The notes below the pieces were generated by a model. The model did no database searches. It was not told the DNA's origin and worked only from the letters and a program-made list of their open reading frames with translations. From an uncultured Gemmatimonadota bacterium (GTDB taxonomy: Bacteria > Blakebacterota > Blakebacteria > Blakebacterales > Blakebacteraceae), in the NCBI GenBank assembly GCA_964576115.1, contig CAZNUA010000033.1, positions 1 through 41,114 of the forward strand: a DNA stretch of 41,114 nucleotides, read 5' to 3'. Each line of letters begins with the position of its first letter. Within the stretch, counting starts at the first letter, position 1. Shown here one piece after another: positions 1-10,417 of the stretch. A program made the translations under genes and the position numbers.

Positions 1-287
1 GCGCCGCGGTTGTTCAAAACCTGGTTGAGCAGATCGAAGAGCAGTCCGCCGGCCACTGCCCCGGCCATGGTCAGCAGGACCGTCTGCTGGCCGTGCTCGG
101 CGGCATTGTGCAGGACTTCGGCGAAAAGTTCGATGGTGAGCGCGAAGAGCAGCGCCCCGGCGCCGAAAGCCATCAGGGCCGAGGTGATCTTGCGCCCCGG
201 GCGCAGCAGCAGCCCGATCCAGGCCCCCAGGGGCAGGGAGATCGCACTGACGATCCCCCAGAAGAACGCCGAGCGGACGAGTTCCAT
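1..287 (-). CDS. ZIP-family (ZupT/GufA-like) metal transporter, 5' part; runs off the window start
   Basis: Not in the ORF track. Hand translation of the minus strand from ATG 287: MELVRSAFFWGIVSAISLPLGAWIGLLLRPGRKITSALMAFGAGALLFALTIELFAE...; hydrophobic, with the ZIP TM1-2 signature (S.PLGA, MAFGAGALL). Confidence 0.75.
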   Translation of the reverse strand, partial: MELVRSAFFWGIVSAISLPLGAWIGLLLRPGRKITSALMAFGAGALLFALTIELFAEVLHNAAEHGQQTVLLTMAGAVAGGLLFDLLNQVLNNRG

Positions 288-405
288 GATCAGTAGCTGA
301 ATCTACACCCGGGCCTCGACACTCCCGGGGTTCCGGTGCAACCGGCGTAGATTCCACTCCCGGTGTCCGCTATCCTGCATCCTGCTCCCCGCGGCAGGAG
401 GACAG

Positions 406-1491
406 ATGATGCACTTCGAACCGATCCGGTACATGCAGTGGTACAAGACGCGCCCCCACACCCGCTACAGCCTGGCCCGCAGCGGGGTCGAGCCCCGCAC
501 CCTCGACCAGGTCGATCTGGCCTGGGAGGATCTGGAACTGTCGGGCACCGACTACTACGGGTACCCGCCCCTGCTCGAACAGATCGCCGCCCGCTACGGG
601 GTCGACCCGCAGAACATCGTCTCGACCCTGGGCACCTCGGGAGCGCTCTTCCTGATCTGCGCCGCCCTGCTCTCCGAAGGTGACCGGGTGGTGGTAGAGA
701 CTCCCGTGTATGAGACGGTCACGGCCCTGCCGCAGGCCTGCGGAGCCGAGATCGCCCTGATCGAGCGCCGCTTCGAGAACGGCTGGCAGATCGATCCCGA
801 GGAGTTCGCCGCCGCGGTGACGCCGGGCACGAAAATGGTCCTGCTCACCAACCTGCACAATCCGACCGGAGCGCAGCTGCCCGAGGAGCGGCTGGCCGAA
901 TTCGCCGCCTTCTGCGCCGATCGCGGTGCGTGGCTGGTGATCGACGAGGTCTATCGGGAGTTTCCCGACGAATTGATCGGTACCACGTCGTTCGGAATCG
1001 CTCCGAGCGTGATCACCTGTTCGAGCCTGTGCAAGGTGTGGGGCCTGGGCGACCTGCGCTGCGGCTGGATCCTGGCCCCCGATGAACTGATCGGCCTGCT
1101 GCGGGCTGCGGTCGATCACGTTTTCGTCGAGCACGCCTTCGTGGCCGAGAGGATCGCCGCCGCCCTCTTCGGCCGGCTCGACGCACTGCGCGCCGAGCGC
1201 CGCGAACAGACCGCTCGCAACCGGGCACTGGTGACCGCCTTTATCGAGAGCCGCCCCGAGCTCTCGTGGGTGCCCCCCGCCGACGGCGTGGTCGCCTTCC
1301 CCCGTCTGGCCGACGGTCTCTCGGCCGACGAGCTGGCCGAGCGGCTGGCCCGCGACCATGACACCGAACTCACCCCCGGCTCGCATTTCGCAGCCCCCCG
1401 TCACCTGCGGCTCGGCTTCGGCGGTCCGACCGAAGAACTCGAAATTGCACTCGGGTACGTGGGGCGGGCCCTGGATGATCTGAAGGGCTGA
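406..1491 (+). CDS. PLP-dependent aminotransferase class I/II
   Basis: NLHNPTG, IDEVY and SLCKVWGLGDLRCGW (PLP lysine) motifs; AGGAGG RBS upstream. Confidence 0.92.
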   Translation: MMHFEPIRYMQWYKTRPHTRYSLARSGVEPRTLDQVDLAWEDLELSGTDYYGYPPLLEQIAARYGVDPQNIVSTLGTSGALFLICAALLSEGDRVVVETPVYETVTALPQACGAEIALIERRFENGWQIDPEEFAAAVTPGTKMVLLTNLHNPTGAQLPEERLAEFAAFCADRGAWLVIDEVYREFPDELIGTTSFGIAPSVITCSSLCKVWGLGDLRCGWILAPDELIGLLRAAVDHVFVEHAFVAERIAAALFGRLDALRAERREQTARNRALVTAFIESRPELSWVPPADGVVAFPRLADGLSADELAERLARDHDTELTPGSHFAAPRHLRLGFGGPTEELEIALGYVGRALDDLKG

Positions 1492-1605
1492 GTGCAGCCG
1501 CTACACCATTACCGTCGAACGCGGGACGGGACCATACAGAGCGGAAACAGAATCCGACCGGAGTGATGCAGGGGCGGTATATCCCTGCAGGTCGTTTCCG
1601 GGCAG

Positions 1606-1650
1606 AATAGCCTAAATATCGCTCGACATAATAACCTAAATATGTTAAAT
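1606..1650. promoter_or_regulatory. AT-rich site: tandem 14-mer AATA(G/A)CCTAAATAT plus a dif/cer-like half-site ATATGTTAAAT
   Basis: Direct repeats at 1606-1619 and 1630-1643. Bases 1640-1650 match the XerD arm TTATGTTAAAT at 10/11, with GCTCGACATAA (1621-1631) 8 bp upstream. Confidence 0.45.
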
Positions 1651-1729
1651 CAAAGTAACAGAAAACCCGCACGACTTGATTCCCGGGAAACACGGACCGA
1701 CGACCCCGGCACGAAACGGGACGAGGGAC

Positions 1730-3259
1730 ATGGCGAAACCACAGGAAAAACTGGCAGAGTCCCTGGAAACTCTGAGAACCCTTCAAGACCAGGGTCGTAT
1801 CGCCATCCATTCCGCCGATCTGTCACGGACGCATCGCGAACGTCTGCTCAGGGGCGGATTCCTTCAGATGGTCATGAAGGGCTGGTACATTGCGGTCCGT
1901 CCGGATGCCGTCGGGGAGACGAACTCCTGGTACGCCTCCTTCTGGGACTTCTGCTCCGAATACCTGGACCACCGTTTCGGTGAAGACTGGTGCCTGTCAC
2001 CGGAGCAATCGATCTCCCTGCATGCGGGAAACCGGACCGTCCCGACCCAGCTGATGGTCCGTTCACCTCGAGGGAGCAACTCGGCTACGTCCCTGCTGCA
2101 TGGTACATCCCTTTTCGATCTCCGGCTCGAGCCGCCGTCGGAGGGGGATGCGATCGAGCAGGATGGCCTGCGCCTGTATGCGCTCCCCGCCGCGCTCATC
2201 GCCAGCTCTCCGAGGATTTTCGAACGCGCTCCTACTGACGTCCGGGTGGCGCTGACGATGGTCCGCGATGTATCGGAGCTCCTGGAACGCCTCCTGGACG
2301 GCGGGAACAGCACTATCGCCGGACGGTTGGCCGGCGCGTTCCGGAACGTCGGGCGCAACCGCATCGCGGATGACATCGTGGCGTCCATGCACAGCGCCGG
2401 ATATTCGGTACGGGAGAAGGATCCGTTCGCCCGTCGTGTCGAACTCCACCTGTCTCATCCTTCCACATCGACGGCTGCGGACCGGATACGGATCATGTGG
2501 CAGCAGATGCGGGAGTCGGTCCCCGGGGACTTCCCGAACCCTCCGGATCGGGTGGATGGTGAGGATGACTATTTGGAGAGGGTGCAGGAGACGTATGCGG
2601 CAGATGCCTATCACTCGCTGTCGATCGAGGGCTACCGGGTCAGATCGGACCTCATCGAGCGGGTAAGGAGCGGTGACTGGAACCCGGATACGATCCAGAG
2701 GGACTCCGAGCATCGTGATGCCCTCGCAGCGCGCGGCTACTGGCAGGCCTTCCAGATGGTTCAGAGAAGCCTGCGCCGGGCATTGCAGGGAGAGAATCCC
2801 GGGAGAGTGGCCGAAGAAGACCACGGCACCTGGTACCGGGAACTGTTCGCTCCGAGTGTAGCGGCGGGGATAGTGCGGGCGGCCGATCTGGCGGGTTACC
2901 GGAATGGACAGGTCTATATCCAGGGGTCGATGTACGTCCCGCTGCAGAGTGAAGCGGCGCGGGATGCCATGCCGGTTTTCTTCGATCTGCTGAAGTCGGA
3001 GACAGAACCGTCTGTCCGAGTGATCCTCGGCCACTTCCTGTTCGTCTATATCCATCCCTATGGGGATGGCAACGGCCGCCTGGGACGATTCCTGATGAAC
3101 CTCATGCTGGCGGCCGGGGGGTATCCCTGGACGATCATCCCGGTGCAGGAACGGGATGCCTATATGGATACTCTGGAAGTCGCCAGTGTGAGAGGCGACC
3201 TACTCCCGTTCACGCGTTTCCTGGCGCGGCTTGTCGAACGGAGATCAGGGGATACATAG
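1730..3259 (+). CDS. Fic-family protein (class II, cis inhibitory helix) with an N-terminal AbiEi-like region
   Basis: Fic motif HPYGDGNGRLGR (3053-3088) and inhibitory SLSIEG (2615-2632). Start moved to ATG 1730 (GAGGGA RBS). Confidence 0.9.
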   Translation: MAKPQEKLAESLETLRTLQDQGRIAIHSADLSRTHRERLLRGGFLQMVMKGWYIAVRPDAVGETNSWYASFWDFCSEYLDHRFGEDWCLSPEQSISLHAGNRTVPTQLMVRSPRGSNSATSLLHGTSLFDLRLEPPSEGDAIEQDGLRLYALPAALIASSPRIFERAPTDVRVALTMVRDVSELLERLLDGGNSTIAGRLAGAFRNVGRNRIADDIVASMHSAGYSVREKDPFARRVELHLSHPSTSTAADRIRIMWQQMRESVPGDFPNPPDRVDGEDDYLERVQETYAADAYHSLSIEGYRVRSDLIERVRSGDWNPDTIQRDSEHRDALAARGYWQAFQMVQRSLRRALQGENPGRVAEEDHGTWYRELFAPSVAAGIVRAADLAGYRNGQVYIQGSMYVPLQSEAARDAMPVFFDLLKSETEPSVRVILGHFLFVYIHPYGDGNGRLGRFLMNLMLAAGGYPWTIIPVQERDAYMDTLEVASVRGDLLPFTRFLARLVERRSGDT

Positions 3260-3515
3260 CTGAATTTTGACCTCGTCGCCTATTTTCAAAACACTCTTCA
3301 TACACGTTCTCAATGAAAACAACCTCTTCGTCAGTCTGGGCGTTGAATTCCTTCGTCCCGTCTCATTTTTTCAGACTCCCTAACCCCTGATCCAGAAAGT
3401 GATGCAGGAGCTCTATTGTGTCGGTAGGTATATCGGCGATCTAGAACCCGGGTGCCCTCCCCGAAGGTCTGTCTGATGGCAGCCTGCCTGACTCCGGATC
3501 CGCCGATCTGGTCGT

Positions 3516-4982
3516 TCAGCCGGTCGAGCGGAACAGTTCGTCGAGGTCCCAGGCGATGACCGGGCGCTCTCCCTGTTCCTTCAGGATCTCGCGGAAGGAA
3601 TCTCTGAAGCCCGCCGCGGATACGAACAGAAACGGGGCCTCGGCTTCCAGTGCTTCGTGGGCCCAACCCTGGCCGCTGGTCGCGAGGCGCTCCAGTGCCT
3701 GCACATGATCCACGGTGAGATACGCCCCTGCGGGGCGTGTCTGGAACTTGATGGCTCCGGTCATCAGTCTGCCATCGAGGAGCCGAGCCACGATATCGAT
3801 CTCGACCGGACGGCGTTCCCGGTCCTTCCCTTCCCACCGGCCCCATTCGTGGATGTCCGGCAGCCCCTTTCCGGGAGCCAGTCGAGGATAGGACTGCCGG
3901 ACAACGTCCTCAAAGACCTCTTTTCCGACGTGTGCCGGCCAGCGCTCCCCGGCAAGCCGCTGCTCCCAGACCGCACGAGGGCCGGAAGCGGCGATCGCCG
4001 ACTCGTTGGGCAGGACGATCCCGTAGTAGAAACGCTGGGCCGGATCTGACACGCGGTAGCGTATGGCCTGGTTATCCGGAGCCGCAAAATTTCGTTCCTC
4101 CTCCAGGTACTCAAGCCGGACCAGTTCCTTGACCATGCGCTTCAGTGGTGTATCGACCTGCTGGCCGAGATCGGCTGCGATCTCCCCAACCTCCCGTCGC
4201 TTGAGACCGATACTGGCCAGGATCGAACGGTACCTGGCAACGTCCCGGAAGCCTTCTTCCTGTTCCAGTGCGGTCTCCACCTGGATGCGTACACGACCAT
4301 CAGGGGAGAGCAGGAGGTCGATGATGTTTTCTGTCAGGGATTCAGCGTCGTCCACGGCGTCCAGATACTTCGGAGTTCCCCCGAATGCAGCGTAGCAGAG
4401 GACCCTATCCCGGGGATCGTATCGCGGCACCATCTGCCCGGCATCGAAATAGTCAAAGGGAGGCAGACGTCGGCGCCAGTCGAGCCGGCCGAACAGCGGG
4501 GAACCACCCCCCTCGAGAGCCTTCATCGTATGAACTGCGGAACCGGAGAGTACGAGGAGCAGGCTCCCGTCTCGTTTGATCTCACTCTCCCACACGGCAT
4601 TCAGCTCGGAGGCAACCTCCTTGAGTCCCTCATCCGAGGAGGCGAGGTATTGGAACTCGTCCAGGATGATGACTAGCGGCCTGTCCCGCCGCAGTTCGAA
4701 GAGGGTCCGGAAGATAGTTCTCCAGGTAGGGTGGTCCTCCTCGCGCAGCTCGGATTTCGCCCAAACCGAGGCCTCGTGGAGAAGTGCCCTCCGGTTGATC
4801 TCCGGTGAGGTCGCCGAGGCCGTGAAGTAGAATACAGCTTCCTTGTCCTCCCAGGCATTTGTCAGAAGAAATGTCTTCCCGATCCTCCTCCGCCCATAAA
4901 GGAGGGCAAGGTGACGACCCTGCCCGGCAGCGAGCTCACGCAACCTCCTGACCTCGTTGTGACGGTCGACCAGCCTGTCCAT
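3516..4982 (-). CDS. Archaeal-type AAA ATPase (ATPase_2) with a C-terminal DUF234/PD-(D/E)xK-like domain
   Basis: Walker A YGRRRIGKT, Walker B IILDEFQY, LSGS, SPLFGR, GGTPKYL and C-terminal W...EIDIVA; GGAG RBS. Confidence 0.88.
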   Translation of the reverse strand: MDRLVDRHNEVRRLRELAAGQGRHLALLYGRRRIGKTFLLTNAWEDKEAVFYFTASATSPEINRRALLHEASVWAKSELREEDHPTWRTIFRTLFELRRDRPLVIILDEFQYLASSDEGLKEVASELNAVWESEIKRDGSLLLVLSGSAVHTMKALEGGGSPLFGRLDWRRRLPPFDYFDAGQMVPRYDPRDRVLCYAAFGGTPKYLDAVDDAESLTENIIDLLLSPDGRVRIQVETALEQEEGFRDVARYRSILASIGLKRREVGEIAADLGQQVDTPLKRMVKELVRLEYLEEERNFAAPDNQAIRYRVSDPAQRFYYGIVLPNESAIAASGPRAVWEQRLAGERWPAHVGKEVFEDVVRQSYPRLAPGKGLPDIHEWGRWEGKDRERRPVEIDIVARLLDGRLMTGAIKFQTRPAGAYLTVDHVQALERLATSGQGWAHEALEAEAPFLFVSAAGFRDSFREILKEQGERPVIAWDLDELFRSTG

Positions 4983-5107
4983 CAGTTCAGCTCCCTGTCC
5001 GGAATTGCTACCTCATTCCCGTCCGGAAACGGCTCTTTTCCGCCTCGGGAACCACGAGTGTATCCATCCGGAGTTTACGGATGGACACTACCCAACACAA
5101 TAGCTTA

Positions 5108-5143
5108 CTAACATATTAGGTGTCTAGTGTGTTAGGTGGCAAT
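5108..5143 (-). promoter_or_regulatory. Putative sigma70 promoter of the ATPase gene overlapped by a 28-bp imperfect palindrome
   Basis: Minus strand TTGCCA-N18-TAATAT; palindrome CTAACATATTAG-GTGT-CTAGTGTGTTAG (5108-5135, arms 10/12). Confidence 0.5.
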
Positions 5144-5148
5144 TTATT

Positions 5149-5256
5149 CCGTTCGGCGCTCAGCAGTTCCTTCTCCCGCAGGAACCGGAACACGTCGGCG
5201 GTGAACAGCTCCCGTAGCACCGGCCGGTCCCAGCCGAAGATCGGAAGGAATCCCAG
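5149..5256 (-). pseudogene. Fragment of an IS91-family (rolling-circle, Transposase_32-like) transposase
   Basis: LGFLPIFGWDRPVLRELFTADVFRFLREKELLSAER resembles the segment between the HUH motif and the WxHSGF motif of IS91-like transposases; no start, HUH motif or catalytic tyrosines are present. Confidence 0.55.
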
Positions 5257-5345
5257 TGATCCTGGAGGAGCCGGTAGAGATGGCTTTTCGTAAATTCCGT
5301 GGTCGATACGCCACGATCGCATGAGCGGATGGCGGGTGATCAGTA

Positions 5346-8156
<2,811 letters not shown>

Positions 8157-8289
8157 CGCTCGTCCTGAGGCCGCTTTCCCGGCCTCACGAATCCCGTCCT
8201 CGTTCTGCGTCTTCCGGTACGATCGCCGTCCTGCTGTCCGACGTGTCGTGCGCTGAATGTCACCTGCCCGCATCCCAAGGTAAAGCACG

Positions 8290-8330
8290 AAAAAAACGCC
8301 CGGCAGTGCCGACTTCGCACCACCGGGCGT
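8290..8330 (-). terminator. Intrinsic terminator
   Basis: Minus strand ACGCCCGG-TG-GTGC-loop-GCAC-TG-CCGGGCGT running into a T7 tract. Confidence 0.75.
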
Positions 8331-8486
8331 CGCTCTCCTTCATCCCCACTCTGTCCAGTCTATACGCAGAAAGGGAGCGGGAAGGTTCATTCCCGGTCCC
8401 GATTCCACTGCTTTCCCGCCATCCGCCCTGAGTACACCGCTTCATCAGGACAACAACGAATCGAGTCTCATTGCGGAAAGGTGTCC

Positions 8487-10253
8487 TCAGGTCAGCCCGA
8501 GCACCTCGCCGCTTTCGGGATCGAGGTCGATCTGGTANNNNNNNNNNNNNNNNNNNNNNNNNNNNNNNNNNNNNNNNNNNNNNNNNNNNNNNNNNNNNNN
8601 NNNNNNNNNNNNNNNNNNNNNNNNNNNNNNNNNNNNNCCGTAGACCTCGCGGGCGATGATGTCGATCTTCTCCTTGATGCCGAGATCGAGGTCGTAGAGG
8701 AAGCGGAAATCGGAGGGCTTCCCGGCCGCCGCGATCACCGCTTCACCCAGCGCGACCGCCCCCGCTCCACCCTCGGCCCAGTTGGTGCAGACCACGGCGT
8801 CCTCGGCTCCCGCTTCGATCGCAGCCGACCTGACGAGTTCGAGTTCGGCTTCCGTGTCGGCGGCAAAAGCATTCACTGCCACCACCACGTTGACGCCGAA
8901 TTTCTTCGCGATACCGATGTGGTGGATCAGGTTTCCGAGCCCGGCTTCGAGCAGATCGAGGTTCTCCTCGGTATAGGCTCTATCCAGCGGCGCTCCGGCC
9001 GAGACCTTCGGTCCACCGCCGTGCATCTTCAGGGCCCGCACCGTGGCCACCAGAACCACCACCTGGGGCACCAGGCCCGAGTAGCGGCACTTGATATCGA
9101 AGAATTTCTCCATGCCGATATCGGCCCCGAAACCCGACTCTGTGATGACGTAGTCCCCCAGTTTCAAAGCGATCCGGTCGGCGATGATCGAGGAGTTGCC
9201 GTGAGCGATGTTGGCAAAGGGGCCGGCGTGAACCAGGACCGGGGTGCCCTCCAGGGTCTGCATCAGAGTCGGCTTGATGGCGTCGCGCATCAGCACGGCC
9301 ACCGCCCCCGCCACGCCCAGATCGTCGGCCGTGACAGGCTCGCCCGCACGGCTGGTGGCCACCACGATCTCGCCCAGTCGGCGGCGCATGTCGGCCAGGT
9401 CGGTTGTCAGGGCCAGGATGGCCATGATCTCGCTGGCTACCGTGATGTCGAATCCGGTCGTGCGGGGAAAGCTCTCGGCGTCACCCAGGCCGATCTCGAT
9501 CCGGCGCAGAAAGCGGTCGTTGGTATCCACCACCCGGCGCCAGGTGATCGTGTCGGGGTCGATATCCAGGCGCATGAAGCGGATGCGCTCGGCCGCAGTC
9601 ATGTCATCGGGATCGTCGGTTTCGATGCCGAGCCGGGCCTTGCGCCCCAGCATGCCGCGGGCAAAAGAACGCTTGCCGTCCGGGCCGACGGGAAAGAGAT
9701 GGCCGTAGAGACGATCGTCATCCTGATTGCGCTCGTGCAACAGGCGCGTATCGATTGCTGCGGCAAGCAGGTTGTTGGCCGCCGTAATGGCGTGGATATC
9801 CCCGGTCAGGTGCAGGTTGAGAGCTTCCATCGGGATGACCTGACTGTAGCCGCCCCCGGCCGCCCCCCCCTTGATTCCGAAGGTCGGCCCCTGGCTCGGC
9901 TGGCGGATGCAGGCGATGGCCCGGCACCCCAGGTGAGCCCCCAGGGCCTGGGCCAGCCCGACCGTGGTGGTGGTCTTCCCCTCCCCGAGAGGAGTCGGGG
10001 TGATGGCGGTCACATCGATATAGATCCCGTCGGATTCGCCGGGGAGACGATCAAGCACTCCGAGCGAGAGCTTGGCCATGTGCGGACCGCAAAGTTCGTA
10101 TTCGCTTTCTTCGACACCAAGTTCTCCGGCCAGTTCGGCGATCGGCCGGCAACGCGCCGAACGGGCGATCTCGATATCGGCCGGAACCGGATTGAGCGGT
10201 TCGATCGACGTGGAGGCAAACGGACGATCTGAGGATGTATTGCGAGGTTCCAT
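8487..10253 (-). CDS. fhs: Formate--tetrahydrofolate ligase, long (eukaryote-like insert) form; interrupted by an assembly gap
   Basis: [33 protein letters not shown] and C-terminal [13 protein letters not shown]. The N-gap at about 8538-8637 hides part of the C-terminal region. Confidence 0.96.
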   Translation of the reverse strand: MEPRNTSSDRPFASTSIEPLNPVPADIEIARSARCRPIAELAGELGVEESEYELCGPHMAKLSLGVLDRLPGESDGIYIDVTAITPTPLGEGKTTTTVGLAQALGAHLGCRAIACIRQPSQGPTFGIKGGAAGGGYSQVIPMEALNLHLTGDIHAITAANNLLAAAIDTRLLHERNQDDDRLYGHLFPVGPDGKRSFARGMLGRKARLGIETDDPDDMTAAERIRFMRLDIDPDTITWRRVVDTNDRFLRRIEIGLGDAESFPRTTGFDITVASEIMAILALTTDLADMRRRLGEIVVATSRAGEPVTADDLGVAGAVAVLMRDAIKPTLMQTLEGTPVLVHAGPFANIAHGNSSIIADRIALKLGDYVITESGFGADIGMEKFFDIKCRYSGLVPQVVVLVATVRALKMHGGGPKVSAGAPLDRAYTEENLDLLEAGLGNLIHHIGIAKKFGVNVVVAVNAFAADTEAELELVRSAAIEAGAEDAVVCTNWAEGGAGAVALGEAVIAAAGKPSDFRFLYDLDLGIKEKIDIIAREVYXXXXXXXXXXXXXXXXXXXXXXXXXXXXXXXXXXYQIDLDPESGEVLGLT

Positions 10254-10263
10254 GATGCAGCTC

Positions 10264-10306
10264 CTGGTGTCTGTTCACCCGTTATCACTGGTGTCTGTTC
10301 ACCCGT
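10264..10306. repeat. Perfect 19-bp direct repeat (period 24) in the fhs 5' leader
   Basis: CTGGTGTCTGTTCACCCGT at 10264-10282 and 10288-10306. Confidence 0.9.
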
Positions 10307-10417
10307 CGTCAGGAGATCGATGGTGGCGGGAGGGCTGAGGATCGGGTCCGTCGAGTCCTCAAAGTAATGACAAATTTCCGATCCCACATCTTCAGAAGAC
10401 CGGAGATGACGGAGCGA

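Noticed and set aside
3260..3515. Small gene or antitoxin between the Fic and ATPase genes
   Set aside because: AT-rich, with only very short or start-less frames and no recognisable motif; at most a decayed remnant.
5106..5137. Integron attC site (ACCTAAC...GTTAG)
   Set aside because: Only about 32 bp, shorter than attC sites, with no L boxes or extrahelical bases, no array and no intI in the window. Kept only as a palindrome.
8405..8450. Hammerhead ribozyme (CTGATGA...GAAA on the minus strand)
   Set aside because: I could not form stems II and III or place the cleavage triplet.
8538..8637. Apparently shortened Fhs C-terminus
   Set aside because: The 100-N run is a placeholder. Fhs normally has more residues here, so this is missing sequence rather than a deletion.
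10254..10417. ZMP/ZTP or THF riboswitch upstream of fhs
   Set aside because: The conserved ZTP elements (GACUGGCG...GCCUGGGC) and THF aptamer features were not found by eye.
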